Shown here: in pieces, positions 1 through 9,548 of the stretch | How the letters are laid out: the number at the start of each line of letters is the position of its first letter | Numbering within the stretch: position 1 is the first letter of the stretch | DNA from: an uncultured Actinomycetes bacterium | GTDB lineage: Bacteria; Actinomycetota; Thermoleophilia; Gaiellales; Gaiellaceae | Direction of reading: 5' to 3' | Length of the DNA stretch: 64,000 nt | NCBI GenBank assembly: GCA_963712255.1 | Contig: CAVQHL010000029.1 | Location: 5,366-69,365 of the forward strand | Program-made: the position numbers and the translations under genes | Notes under the pieces: generated by a model | What the model was told of the DNA's origin: nothing | Seen by the model: only the letters and a program-made list of their open reading frames with translations | Databases searched by the model: none

Positions 1-1894
1 ACCTCGAGGTCGAGGAGCCGGCTGAGCCGACGTTCGTCGGTCGCCTCGGCTCCGACCCCGACGAGCGCCACGAGCTCCGCGAGGAGCGGCTCGCGCCGCC
101 CCTTGCCGAGCTCGGTGCCCGCGTGGCGCCGAAGCAGCTCGATCGCCGCTGCGCCGCCGTCGCCGAGAGCGTGTGCGACCCGCTCCATCTGCGGGCGGGA
201 CTCGGGCCACTGTGCATCGAGCGTCTCGCGGTATGCCGCCGCGACCGCGAGCAGGCGCCCGAGATCACGGAGCTCCTCCTCCCCGATCCCGTCGAAGTCG
301 AGGTCCGCGCCGTTCCAGGCCGTGAGCACCGGCCGAAGCGCGTCGGACGAGTGCGGAAGGTCGCGGTAGCGCGTCTCCGCCGCTGCGAAGTACGCCTCGC
401 GGCGGAGGCGGACCCAGGCGCCGACCGCGGACAGCTGCGAGCGCGCCTCGACGATCCGGGCGAGTGCCGCGTCGTCCTCCGGATCCGACGAGCTCGGCGT
501 GACGGCGAGGGTCCGCGCGAGGAGGTCGAGCACGAGCAGGCTCGAGCGTCCGATCGGCGCCAGCCCCCATGCCCACGGCTCCGCGTCGTCGCGCGGCGTG
601 CCGGGGATCCACGGCAGCAGCACGCCGCGGCCGACCAGCCGTGCTCCGCTCGCGACGGGGCGCTGCACGGCGCGCGCCGCGCCCTGTGCGCGGCGACCGA
701 CCGAGCCCGCGACGAACCGGCGAAGGACGTCGTCCGCGGACGTCGCGCGCACGAAGACTCACGTAGTCGTGGTGGAAGGCGCGCGCCTGCCTCGCAAGTC
801 CGTCGTCGCCGAGCCTGACGGCGACCGTCCCGCGTGAGGCCCGCCGATTGCGGACACGCTGCTTGTAGTCGGCGACGTCCTCCAGCGTCTCGGTGAGAGT
901 GACGTCGCGCGGGAGGTTGAACGCCGCGCCGACGACCGTTCCGAGCGGCGGGGGCGCGGCGCGGCTCGCGGCGCGCTCCTCGGGTGACGTCGAGTACGGG
1001 GTCACGTAGCAGAGCACGCGTTGCACCGGGCCGCTGGCGGGTGCCCGGCGGATCGCCTCGAGCGCGGGGCGGAACGGGGCGTTGTCGAGGACGCCGCCGT
1101 CGATCACCCATGCGTCGCGCTCGAACGACGCGATGCCCGAGAGCGAGGGCTCGCCCGACGCCGTCTCCGTCGCCGACACGGCAGAACGAGGCCTCGAAGG
1201 CGCCGGGGAAGGAAGCGGTCGAGCGAGCGACCCTGGCGAGCCGCCGCGGCGCGCCGGGCTGCGAGAACGTCGAGGTGTGCACCTCGGGCTCGTGACGGAA
1301 CCAGAAGAGCGCGCGGTGCTCGTGGTCGACCAGCGTGCCGCCGAAGTCGTCGAGGTACTGGACCGGCTGCCCCGTGAGGTTGGTGCCCGTGACGAAGAGC
1401 TCGACGCGTCGTGCAGCCGCCGCTGCGCATCGCTCGGGGTCGGTGTCGCGCTTCGCCTTTCCGACATCGAGCCGCCGTGTCAGCTCCGCCTCCACCTCGG
1501 GCAGGAAGTACTCGTCGCCCTTGAGGAGCGACTCGGGCTCGCTTCGCAGACCGGAGCGGAGCATCTTCGTGAACGAGCCGAGCTCGATCCACGTGTTCCG
1601 CACGTCGTCGACCGCGCCGCCGCTCACGATCGCGCTCGCGAGCAGGCACCCGTTGAGACCGCCCGCACTCGCGCCCGCGATGACGTCCGTGCGAAGGAGG
1701 CTGCCCGTGAGCCCGAGGAGCCGGCGGTAGATCGCGACCGCCTCGTCCTCGCGGTCGTTCGCGTCGAGGCCCGCGCGCCGCGCACGGTCGATCTCCGCGA
1801 CGACGCCGCCGATCCAGATCGCAAGGCTGACGCCCCCGTTCAGCACGAGCGCAAGCCGGATCTCGCGCTGCGCCGTCCTCGTGCCGTCTGCCAC
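1..1894 (-). CDS. Patatin-like phospholipase (PNPLA / DUF3376-type), frameshifted, runs off window start
   Basis: From GTG 1894 reads MADGTRTAQREIRLALVLNGGVSLAIWIGGV, then DVIAGASAGG (GxSxG nucleophile), and in another frame VIDGGVLDNAPF (DGG motif). Confidence 0.85.
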   Translation of the reverse strand, partial: MADGTRTAQREIRLALVLNGGVSLAIWIGGVVAEIDRARRAGLDANDREDEAVAIYRRLLGLTGSLLRTDVIAGASAGGLNGCLLASAIVSGGAVDDVRNTWIELGSFTKMLRSGLRSEPESLLKGDEYFLPEVEAELTRRLDVGKAKRDTDPERCAAAAARRVELFVTGTNLTGQPVQYLDDFGGTLVDHEHRALFWFRHEPEVHTSTFSQPGAPRRLARVARSTASFPGAFEASFCRVGDGDGVGRALALGHRVVRARRMGDRRRRPRQRPVPPRARGDPPGTRQRPGATRALLRDPVLDVTRGARREPRRAPAARNGRRRGVQPPARRHSHRDAGGRRRLQAACPQSAGLTRDGRRQARRRRTCEAGARLPPRLRESSCARRPRTTSFAGSSRARSVAAHRARRAPCSAPSRAEHGWSAAACCCRGSPARRATTRSRGHGGWRRSDARACSCSTSSRGPSPSRRARRIRRTTRHSPGSSRRARSCPRSAPGSASAARRTSQRRRRATATFRTRPTRFGRCSRPGTARTSTSTGSGRRSSVISGACSRSRRHTARRSMHSGPSPARRWSGSHTLSATAAQRRSSCFGATRAPSSARGGASRSSRSSWRSSGSEPRRPTNVGSAGSSTSR

Positions 1895-1953
1895 GAGGAC
1901 AAATGTCGCGCCCCCGGCGTCGCGAGTCAATAGCCCGCACGAGGGTCGCGCCG

Positions 1954-3012
1954 CTACAGGATCGCCGTCTCCGGGAACACCGCGCCCGCCGCGAACCGCT
2001 CCAGGCGGTACGGGGCGAGGTCGAAGCCGGGATCCTGACCCAGGAGCTCGTCGGCGACGATGCGTCCGACGGCGGGTGCCTGCATGAAGCCGTGCCCGGA
2101 GAAGCCGCACGCGGCGTAGAGGCCATCGGCCACCATCCCGACGATCGGGTGAGCGTCGGGCGTCATGTCGTAGAGCCCCGCCCACGCCCGTGCGACCGGC
2201 ACGCCGGCCGCAGGCGGGAACCGGCGCGCGATCCGCTCGATCCAGTCGGCGACGAGCGTCTCGTCGACCGTCTGCTCGTCCCCCCAGCGCGGCGTGGCCT
2301 CCGGCATCGCGAGCACGAGCGCGTCGCCGCGGCGGCGGAAGTGGAAGCCGGACTCCGACTCGATGGTCAGCGGGAGATCGCGGGCGAGGCCGGCGACGGC
2401 CGCGGTCTCGACGAGCTGGCGGACGAGCGGCCGGACCGGCAGCTCGACTCCGAGCTTGGCCGCGAGCGCTGCGGACGACGCGCCGGTCGCGAGCACGAGG
2501 ACGTCCGCGTCGAGCTCGAGCGCGTCGGTCTCCTCTCGCACCTCGACGCCGAGCTCCGAGGCGCGCCGCACGAGCTCGCGCGTGATGCCCGCAGGGTCGG
2601 CCGTCCCGTCCTCCCCGCAGAACACGGCGCCGAGCACGTCGTCCGTCATGAGGCCCTCGACCCGCGCGGCGTCGACGCGCTCGACCGGGACGCCGAGCGA
2701 CGCCTGTACCTCGCGCCGCCGCTCGAGCTCGTCCAGCCCGTCCTCGGTCGTCGCGAGGAAGAGATATCCGACCGGCTCGAAGAGCTCCGGGCCGAGCGAG
2801 CGGAAGAACCCCACGCTCTCGCGGGCGAGGCGCACCTCCGGCGCCGACGAGAACTGCTGCCTGACGCCCCCGAGCGCCTTGCCGGTCGCTCCCGACGCGA
2901 TGGCGTCCGTGTCCGCGAGCACGACCCCGTCCGCGCCGCGGAGCGCGAGGTGGTACGCGATGGAGGCGCCGACGACGCCCGCGCCGGCTACGACGAACCG
3001 GCTGCGAGCCAT
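1954..3012 (-). CDS. FAD-dependent oxidoreductase (DAO / sarcosine oxidase beta-like family)
   Basis: MARSRFVVAGAGVVG Rossmann motif; WAGLYDMTPDAHPIVG and GFSGHGFMQAPAVG C-terminal motifs; start trimmed from the 638-aa ORF. Confidence 0.88.
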   Translation of the reverse strand: MARSRFVVAGAGVVGASIAYHLALRGADGVVLADTDAIASGATGKALGGVRQQFSSAPEVRLARESVGFFRSLGPELFEPVGYLFLATTEDGLDELERRREVQASLGVPVERVDAARVEGLMTDDVLGAVFCGEDGTADPAGITRELVRRASELGVEVREETDALELDADVLVLATGASSAALAAKLGVELPVRPLVRQLVETAAVAGLARDLPLTIESESGFHFRRRGDALVLAMPEATPRWGDEQTVDETLVADWIERIARRFPPAAGVPVARAWAGLYDMTPDAHPIVGMVADGLYAACGFSGHGFMQAPAVGRIVADELLGQDPGFDLAPYRLERFAAGAVFPETAIL

Positions 3013-3848
3013 GCCTCGAGCTCCGCGACCTCCGCCGCGTCGAGATCCCGGAGCGGCGGTCGCACGTCGGGGCGGATCGCGACGCCCTTCCAGGCGGCCA
3101 CGCGCTTGAGCGCGGCGTGCCGCGGAAACGACTCCATCGTCGCGCGGAGCGCCGCCAGCGCCGCTGCCCCTTCCTCGGTCGGATCGCGGACGACCGCCGC
3201 CACCTCCTCGGGGAACGCGGACGCGAGCGCGGAGACGGCGCCGATCGCACCTGCCTCGCGACCGCGGTGGATGAGCGCCTCCGGGCCGACGAAGATGTCG
3301 AACCCGTCGAGCAGGTAGCGCTCGAACGCCTCCCATGGAGCGTCCGAGACCTTCATCCCGACGACGTTGTCCGCCTCCTCCCGAAGTCGCGCCAGCATCG
3401 ACGGGTCGAACGCGTACCCGGCCGTCGCGGCGAACTCGTAGACGTAGAACGGGAGCGGCGCGCAGGCTGCAGCCGCCGCGAGGAGGTGCGCACGCTGTGC
3501 CGCCGTGTCCAGCTTGAAGTACGGCGGCCCGATCACGGCGACGGCGTCCGCGCCCGCCTCCGCCGCGTGGGCCGCCAGCGCGACGGTGTCCTGCGTGCTC
3601 TGCGCTCCGCAGTGCGCAGCGACCAGGACCCGCCCGGCGATCGCTTCGAGCCAGCGCTCGAGCCCGCGGCGGCGCTCGTCGGGCGTCAGGAGCACCGCCT
3701 CGCCGTTCGTCCCGAACGCCAGCACCCCGTCGAGCCCGGCGCCCACGAGGAAGTCGGCGTACGGCCCGAACGCGTCGTCGTCGAGCCGTGCTCCGCCGTC
3801 CGCGAGCGGCGTCGAGGCCGCGGCGATCGCCCCTCGAAGGCGCGTCAT
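2988..3848 (-). CDS. Dihydrodipicolinate synthase (DapA/NanA) family class I aldolase
   Basis: GTNGE substrate motif, PPYF, Schiff-base Lys in GMKVSD, C-terminal RPPL; ATG 3848 overlaps the upstream stop. Confidence 0.85.
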   Translation of the reverse strand: MTRLRGAIAAASTPLADGGARLDDDAFGPYADFLVGAGLDGVLAFGTNGEAVLLTPDERRRGLERWLEAIAGRVLVAAHCGAQSTQDTVALAAHAAEAGADAVAVIGPPYFKLDTAAQRAHLLAAAAACAPLPFYVYEFAATAGYAFDPSMLARLREEADNVVGMKVSDAPWEAFERYLLDGFDIFVGPEALIHRGREAGAIGAVSALASAFPEEVAAVVRDPTEEGAAALAALRATMESFPRHAALKRVAAWKGVAIRPDVRPPLRDLDAAEVAELEAWLAAGSS

Positions 3849-4306
3849 CGGCGCTGCGCCTGCCCCGCACCGACGCGCTCGACCGTGGCGGCGATGCGCC
3901 GCGCGCGCGTCTCGGGCCGCTTGGCCTCGTCGACCCACTCGACGTACTCCCGCCTGTGGGTGAACGAGAGCTTCGCGAACGCCGTCCACGTCGCGTCGTC
4001 CGCGCGGAGGGCGTCGCGCAGGTCGGCGGGCACGCGCACCGTCCGCGGCTCGGTGTCGAGCTCCATCTCGACGCGGACGCGCTCAGGCGCGTCGACCCCG
4101 GTGGCCGCCTTCACGTCGCGGTTCACGACGATGTGCCCGACACCGTCGTAGACGCCGGGGGTCGTGCGCCACGTGTGCCCGCGGATCGTGACCTTCACCG
4201 GCGGGCGCGCGCGGCCGAACGCCTCCTCGAGGTCGAACGGGACGCGGAACATGGTCGCCGTCTTCTGCACGCGCTCGAGCTGCACGGTGAACCTCCTCTT
4301 CCGCAC
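3845..4306 (-). CDS. DUF1905 + YdeI/OmpD-associated family protein
   Basis: PPVKVTIRGHTWRTT...VPADLRDAL...FAKLSFTHRREYVEWVDEAKRPETRARRI signature. Confidence 0.85.
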   Translation of the reverse strand: MRKRRFTVQLERVQKTATMFRVPFDLEEAFGRARPPVKVTIRGHTWRTTPGVYDGVGHIVVNRDVKAATGVDAPERVRVEMELDTEPRTVRVPADLRDALRADDATWTAFAKLSFTHRREYVEWVDEAKRPETRARRIAATVERVGAGQAQRR

Positions 4307-4333
4307 GCGGGACAGCCTAGGCTGTCCCGCGTG
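4304..4333. promoter_or_regulatory. Perfect 30-bp palindrome, probable bidirectional leaderless promoter
   Basis: CACGCGGGACAGCCT|AGGCTGTCCCGCGTG; TAGGCT (-10) + 7 nt + GTG on both strands. Confidence 0.7.
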
Positions 4334-5089
4334 GGTGCGCTCCGGATCGACCGCGACGGCGACGTCCTCCGCCTCACGCTCGCCCGGCCGGAGAGCCGAA
4401 ACGCGTTCGACGCGGCGCTGATCGCAGAGCTGTCCGAGGCGTTCGTCGATGTCGGGACCGCGCGCGCGGTCGTCCTCCGCGGGGAGGGGCCGAGCTTCTG
4501 CGCCGGGGCCGACGTCGACTGGATGCGCGCCTCCGCCGACCTGACGGTCGAGGAGAACGTCGCCGACGCGAACGCCCTGCGGCGGATGCTCGAGGCGATC
4601 GACGGCTGCCCGGCTCCGGTCGTCGCAGCGGTGCACGGCCACGCGCTCGGCGGCGGCGTCGGCCTCGTCGCCTGCAGCGACATCGTGCTCGCGCACGAGC
4701 GAACGGTGTTCGCGTTCTCCGAGGTGAAGCTCGGGATCGTCCCGGCGGTGATCTCGCCGTTCGCGCTCCGCAAGATCGGCGAGAGCGCCGCACGGCGCTG
4801 GTTCGTGACGGGCGAGCGCTTCGACGCCCCGACGGCACTCCGGATCGGCCTCGTGCACGAGGTGACCGACGACGTCGAGGCGGCGCTCGACGCAGTCATC
4901 TCCGAGCTGCGCACCGCCGGGCCGAGGGCTGCGCGCCACGCGAAGCGGCTCGTGCTCGAGCGTCCCGACGGGCCGGAGACCGCCCGCCGGATCGCGGAGC
5001 GGCGAACGAGCGACGAGGGTCAGGAAGGGCTCCGCGCGTTCCTCGAGCGCCGCCCGCCTGCGTGGGCTCCGCCGCGGGACGAGGACTAG
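4331..5089 (+). CDS. Enoyl-CoA hydratase/isomerase (methylglutaconyl-CoA hydratase-like)
   Basis: SFCAGADVDWM, GHALGGGVGLVACSD, FSEVKLGIVPAVISP, EGQEGLRAFLERR. Confidence 0.9.
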   Translation: MGALRIDRDGDVLRLTLARPESRNAFDAALIAELSEAFVDVGTARAVVLRGEGPSFCAGADVDWMRASADLTVEENVADANALRRMLEAIDGCPAPVVAAVHGHALGGGVGLVACSDIVLAHERTVFAFSEVKLGIVPAVISPFALRKIGESAARRWFVTGERFDAPTALRIGLVHEVTDDVEAALDAVISELRTAGPRAARHAKRLVLERPDGPETARRIAERRTSDEGQEGLRAFLERRPPAWAPPRDED

Positions 5090-5101
5090 CGCCCGGGACC
5101 G

Positions 5102-6351
5102 CTACCGGACGACCAGCGCCGGGCTCGCGCGCTTGGTCGCAGGGTCGTAGAGGCGCAGCCTCGTGCCCTTGTCGGCGCGCAGCGTGCGCGTGACGTATCC
5201 GCGTGACGTCGTCCGCGCGCCGGAGCCGACCGCTTTCCACTGATCGCCGACGAGCCGCTGGAGCACGTACGGCCTGGCGCCGGTCCCCGGGCGCACCTGC
5301 CCCCAGACCGTCGTCGAGAGACCGCGCCGCACCACCTGGACGAACGGCAGGGAGAACGCGGCAAGCGCCGGCTTGGCGCGTCCGGAGACCGTCTCGAGCC
5401 CGCTCTGCCACGCGTCGGTCGCAGGCTCGTCGCGGAGGAGGTACTGGATCATGACGTCGACACCTGCCGCGCGGTACGCGAGATGCTGGGCCTCGGCGAC
5501 GTACCGGGCCTGCGTCCCCCAGCCGACGCCGAGGATCCGGTCCGGCGGGTTGGTCTGGAAGCCGAGCTCGGTGAGCCAGATGCGGACGCGGCTGCCGAAG
5601 GCGTTGCGGGTCTCCTGGACCAGGCGGTCGAGCGTCGCCAGCGAGATGGTCGTGCAGGCGCGCGCAGCCGCCCGGACGTCGGCGTCTCCGCCGGCGAGAG
5701 GGGGTGCGGATGGTGCGCGTAGGCATCGAGCCGGGCGCCGGCCCGCCCCATGCCGCGGATGAAGTCGACCGGCGACGTGCCGCCGGGGCCACCGCGCGGC
5801 GCGGTCGCGCCGCCGGCGATCGACGCGCGCGGGATGACGGCCTTGATCGCCGTCGCCGCCGGGTTGAGGAGCCGCGTGACGTAGACGATCGGCGACGGCG
5901 GCGAGAGCCACCGGCGCTGGTTCGGCTCGTTCCAGACGATCCAGCGACGCACCCAGGGGAACCGCTCCGCCGCCGCGCGCGCGAACGTCGCGAACGCCGC
6001 TGCCGAGCTCGGCGGCACGTTCGCGGCGCGGCCGCCGTTCGCCCACCCCGGCGTCCCCCAGATGCTGACGAGCGGCGTGAGGCCCGCCTGGCGCAACGCC
6101 TGCAGCAGCGCGTCCGCGCGCTCCCAGTCGTACGTCCCGCGGGTGGCCTCGATCGTCCGCCATTCGAGCGTCACGCGCACGAGGTCGGCGCCGAGCGCGT
6201 CGAGTCGCCCGACGCGCTCCTCGAGCGTCCCGGGACCGAACTGGAGCCATGCGTCGTCCTGGATGCCGACCCGGAGGCCCGGCGCGGCGGGCGCCGTGCC
6301 CGCCAGCACGGCCGCCGCGATCGTCGCGCAGGCGAGGGTGACCAGGCGCAC
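5102..6351 (-). CDS. Secreted clan GH-A glycoside hydrolase (GH5/GH39-like), frameshift near 5670
   Basis: Signal peptide MRLVTLACATIAAAVLAG; WNEPN acid/base; HHPHP; WLTELGF nucleophile in second frame. Confidence 0.8.
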
Positions 6352-6414
6352 GATGCGACCCTACTTCGGCCGGAGGCTGCCTAACAGCCTGTTCAGAGGA
6401 TCCTTACCTGCGCG

Positions 6415-6792
6415 CTACCGGCGAAAGCCGTCTTCGCCGGACATCGCGTCGACGAGCGTCCAGACCAGCCAGTTGACGAGCCAGATCACGATCGTCGCCC
6501 CGACGTACGTCCAGAACCCGTCGATCGAGAAGTCCGGCGTCACCCACTCCGTGAAGAGCAGCATCACGACGTTCACGAAGAAGTACGCGATCCCGAACGT
6601 GAGCAGGATGAGCGGCAGCGCGATGAACGTCACGAGCGGCTTCAGGAAGACGTTCGCGAGGCCGAGCACGACGCCCGCGAGGATGATCGACCCCCAGCGC
6701 CCGATCGAGAGCCCGTCGAACGCCCAGTCCGCGATGATCAGCGCGAGCACGTTGATCGCAGCGGCGATCGCGAAGCGCACGACCCAGATCAC
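6415..6792 (-). CDS. YvlD / mycobacterial 4-TMS 'phage holin family' membrane protein
   Basis: 125 aa, four hydrophobic segments, LGLANVFLKPLVTFIALPLILLTFG...F.IDGFW motif. Confidence 0.85.
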   Translation of the reverse strand: MIWVVRFAIAAAINVLALIIADWAFDGLSIGRWGSIILAGVVLGLANVFLKPLVTFIALPLILLTFGIAYFFVNVVMLLFTEWVTPDFSIDGFWTYVGATIVIWLVNWLVWTLVDAMSGEDGFRR

Positions 6793-6834
6793 GGGCGCGA
6801 GCCTACACCGTCGCCCGGACGGCTCCGGTACCCG

Positions 6835-6924
6835 GCAGTTGCGGCCGCGAAGCGGACGCCTTCAGGGATGTGCCCCGCCGAAGGCGGGGATCCGAGCGCG
6901 GGATTTCGCTCTGCGAAATCCCGC
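6835..6924. repeat. Structured intergenic repeat, copy 1 (module A 6835-6892 + hairpin module B 6898-6924)
   Basis: GCAGTTGCG-hairpin-CGCCTTCAGGGATSTGCCCCGCCGMAGGCGGGGATC, near-identical to 24744 and 43853. Confidence 0.85.
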
Positions 6925-6936
6925 TTGCGAACAAGG

Positions 6937-7239
6937 CTAGAACAGCTTCTGCAGCTTCAGCGCAGCGCCCATGTCGCCGGAGATCTTGAGCTTGCCCGTC
7001 ATGTAGGCGGTCGTCGGGTTCGCCTCGCCGCTCGCGATCTTGGCGAGCGTCTCCTCGCTCGCGGTGATCGTGCAGTCCGCCTCGCCGGCGCCCTCGGTCA
7101 CGGTCACCGTGCCGTCGTCGACCGCGACGGTCCACTGACCGACGCCCTCGACGTCGAACACGTACGTGTTCTGCATCCCGGCGGTCTTCGCGGGGTCGGC
7201 GCGGTCGGGGAGCTGTGCGAAGAACTCCTGAACGGTCAT
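6937..7239 (-). CDS. SCP2 sterol/lipid-binding domain protein
   Basis: ADCTITASEETL...NPTTAYMTGKLKISGDMGAALKL; GAGGAG upstream. Confidence 0.92.
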   Translation of the reverse strand: MTVQEFFAQLPDRADPAKTAGMQNTYVFDVEGVGQWTVAVDDGTVTVTEGAGEADCTITASEETLAKIASGEANPTTAYMTGKLKISGDMGAALKLQKLF

Positions 7240-7253
7240 CGTGTCACTCGTCT

Positions 7254-7290
7254 CCTCGTTGACTGACGGTTCAATCGAGGGTGCAGCCTA
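7254..7290 (-). promoter_or_regulatory. -10 (TAGGCT, overlapping the MFS stop codon) followed by an imperfect palindromic operator, TetR-type
   Basis: CCTCGTTGACTGACGGTTCAATCGAGG at 7254-7280, just downstream of TAGGCT (7285-7290). Confidence 0.5.
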
Positions 7291-8472
7291 ACTGATCGCC
7301 ACCGGAGCCGGAGTCGGCGGGGCGGCGAACGGCTGCGGTCGGGGCAGGGCGAGGCAGAGGACGGCACCGAGGCCCGGCGCGACCGCGGCGACGTAGAGCG
7401 CGGTCTCGAGGTCGATCGCGTCGGCGACGACGCCGAGCGCGACGGCGGCGATCCCACCGAGGCCCATCGCGAGGCCGACGGAGAGCCCGCTCGCCATTCC
7501 GACGTGCCGCGGCAGATAGAGCTGGCTGAGCACCATGGTCACCCCGAACGTGCCCACGACGCAGAGCCCGACGAGCATCAGCGCGACCGTGCCGAGCACC
7601 CCTCCGACCGCGACGAACGCGATGACGAGGAAGGGAAGCGCGATCTGCGTGAGGAGGAGCGTCCGGCGGAGCCCGACGCGATCGGCGACGGGGCCGAGCA
7701 GGAGCGTCCCGGCCGCCCCGGCGACGAGCATGAGCGAGAGCATCCGGTTTCCCTCCCCCTCCGTGCCGCCGTTCTCGACCACCCACAGCGGCACGAACGT
7801 CAGGAGGCCGAACCAGGCGACGCTGCGGAGGGCGATGACGACGCCGAGGATGGTCATGGCGCGGACGTCGTCGACCGCGCTCGACCGCTCGCGCGCCTCC
7901 GTCTCGGGCGCGAGCTCCTCGAGCCCGTGCAGCGCCCGCAGGAGCACGGCCGCCGCGACGAGGACCGGCAGCATCGCGAGGAGGCCGCCGGTGAGGCCGA
8001 GCCACAGCACGAGAGGCGTGACGACGATCGGCCCGAGCGCGTACCCCGTGTTGCCGCCGATGTTGAAGTACGACATGCCGCTCGCGCGCTTGTGCCCGCT
8101 CGCGTAGGCGGCGAACTTCGCGCCCTCCGGATGGAAGGCCGCGATCCCGATGCCCGCGATGAAGACGAGAAGCAGCACGAGCTCGTACCGCGGTGCGACG
8201 GCGGCGAGCCCGGTTCCCAGTCCTCCGACCGCGACGCCCGCGGGCAGGAGCCAGATCGCGCCGCGCCGGTCGGAGAGGAGCCCGAACAGCGGCTGGACGA
8301 GCGAGGACGAGACCAGCACGGCGAGCATCAGCACCGCGGTCGCCGTGTAGCTGAGATCGAACTCGAGGACGAAGAACGGCAGCAGCGCCGGGACCGCGCC
8401 CGACGAGAAGTCGACCGCGAGGTGCCCGCCCGAGAGCGTCGCCATCGCGCCCCGGTCGAGCTCGTCCCGCAT
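7288..8472 (-). CDS. MFS transporter (Fsr / fosmidomycin-resistance-like)
   Basis: GHLAVD, QPLFGLLSDR, AAFHPEG, FNIGGNTGYALGP; ~12 TM segments. Confidence 0.9.
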   Translation of the reverse strand: MRDELDRGAMATLSGGHLAVDFSSGAVPALLPFFVLEFDLSYTATAVLMLAVLVSSSLVQPLFGLLSDRRGAIWLLPAGVAVGGLGTGLAAVAPRYELVLLLVFIAGIGIAAFHPEGAKFAAYASGHKRASGMSYFNIGGNTGYALGPIVVTPLVLWLGLTGGLLAMLPVLVAAAVLLRALHGLEELAPETEARERSSAVDDVRAMTILGVVIALRSVAWFGLLTFVPLWVVENGGTEGEGNRMLSLMLVAGAAGTLLLGPVADRVGLRRTLLLTQIALPFLVIAFVAVGGVLGTVALMLVGLCVVGTFGVTMVLSQLYLPRHVGMASGLSVGLAMGLGGIAAVALGVVADAIDLETALYVAAVAPGLGAVLCLALPRPQPFAAPPTPAPVAIS

Positions 8473-8578
8473 CCCTCGACCCTACTCGGCGGACGAAAGG
8501 CCCCGTCGCGATCGACGGGTGCAGCGGTACGGTCTGCCGAACCCTGCCGTCGTGGCGCCAGTGACTACGGTTGTCGCG

Positions 8579-9548
8579 TTGGCTGCGATCGAGGCAGAGG
8601 GGCTCGTCAAGGTCTACCGGTCGCGGAAGAGCGAGGTCCGCGCGCTCGACGGCGTCGACCTCGAGGTGCGCGAGGGGACGGTGCTCGGCCTGCTCGGGCC
8701 GAACGGCGCGGGCAAGACGACGACCGTCCGGATCCTCGCGACGCTGCTCCGGGCCGACGCGGGCCGGGCGACGGTCGCCGGGCTCGACGTCGCGCGCGAC
8801 GCCCAGGCGGTGCGCAAGCTGATCGGCCTCTCGGGGCAGTACGCAGCGGTCGACGAGAACCTCACGGGCCGCGAGAACCTCTGGATGTTCGGCCGCCTGT
8901 ACCAGCTGTCGTCGAGCGAGTCGTCGCGCCGGGCGAACGCGCTCCTCGAGCGGTTCGCGCTCGAGGACGCCGCCGACCGGGTCGCGAAGACCTACTCCGG
9001 CGGCATGCGCCGGCGGCTCGACCTCGCGGCGGCGCTCATCGGGCAGCCGCAGGTCCTCTTCCTCGACGAGCCGACGACGGGGCTCGACCCGCGCAGCCGG
9101 CTCGCGATGTGGGACGTCATCCGGAGCCAGGTGCGCGAGGGCAACACGCTGCTCCTGACGACGCAGTACCTCGAGGAGGCCGACGAGCTCGCCGACGAGA
9201 TCGTCGTCGTCGACCACGGCCAGATCATCGCCCGCGGCACGTCGGACGAGCTCAAGTCCCAGGTGGGCGGCGAGCGCATCGAGGTCGTCGTCCACGACCG
9301 CGACCAGCTGTCCCGCGCGGCCGACGTGGTCGCCCCGAACGGCTCGGCCGCGCTCGACGAGCACTCGAAGCGGCTCACCATCGCCGCACACGGCGGCGCG
9401 CAGCAGCTGGTCGACGTCGTCCGGTCGCTCGGGGACGCGGGCATCGCGCTCGACGACGTCGCGCTGCGGCGGCCGACCCTCGACGACGTGTTCCTCGCGC
9501 TCACGGGGCACGCGGCGGAGGAGCTCCCGGACCGAGGAGGACGCATGA
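8579..9548 (+). CDS. DrrA-family ABC exporter ATP-binding protein
   Basis: GPNGAGKTT, YSGGMRRRLDLA, LFLDEPTTGLDP; TTG start 7 nt after TACGGT; probable true end ...EEDA* overlapping next ATG (one indel fuses it to the permease). Confidence 0.88.

Noticed and set aside
6381-6405. CTGTTCAG(A/G)G(G/A)ATC similarity between 6389 and the reverse of 30781-30794, as IS ends
   Set aside because: Too short, same orientation not established as terminal repeats, no target duplication or transposase
6415-6792. 'Phage holin' as evidence of a prophage
   Set aside because: The YvlD family is a common chromosomal membrane protein, and no phage genes are nearby
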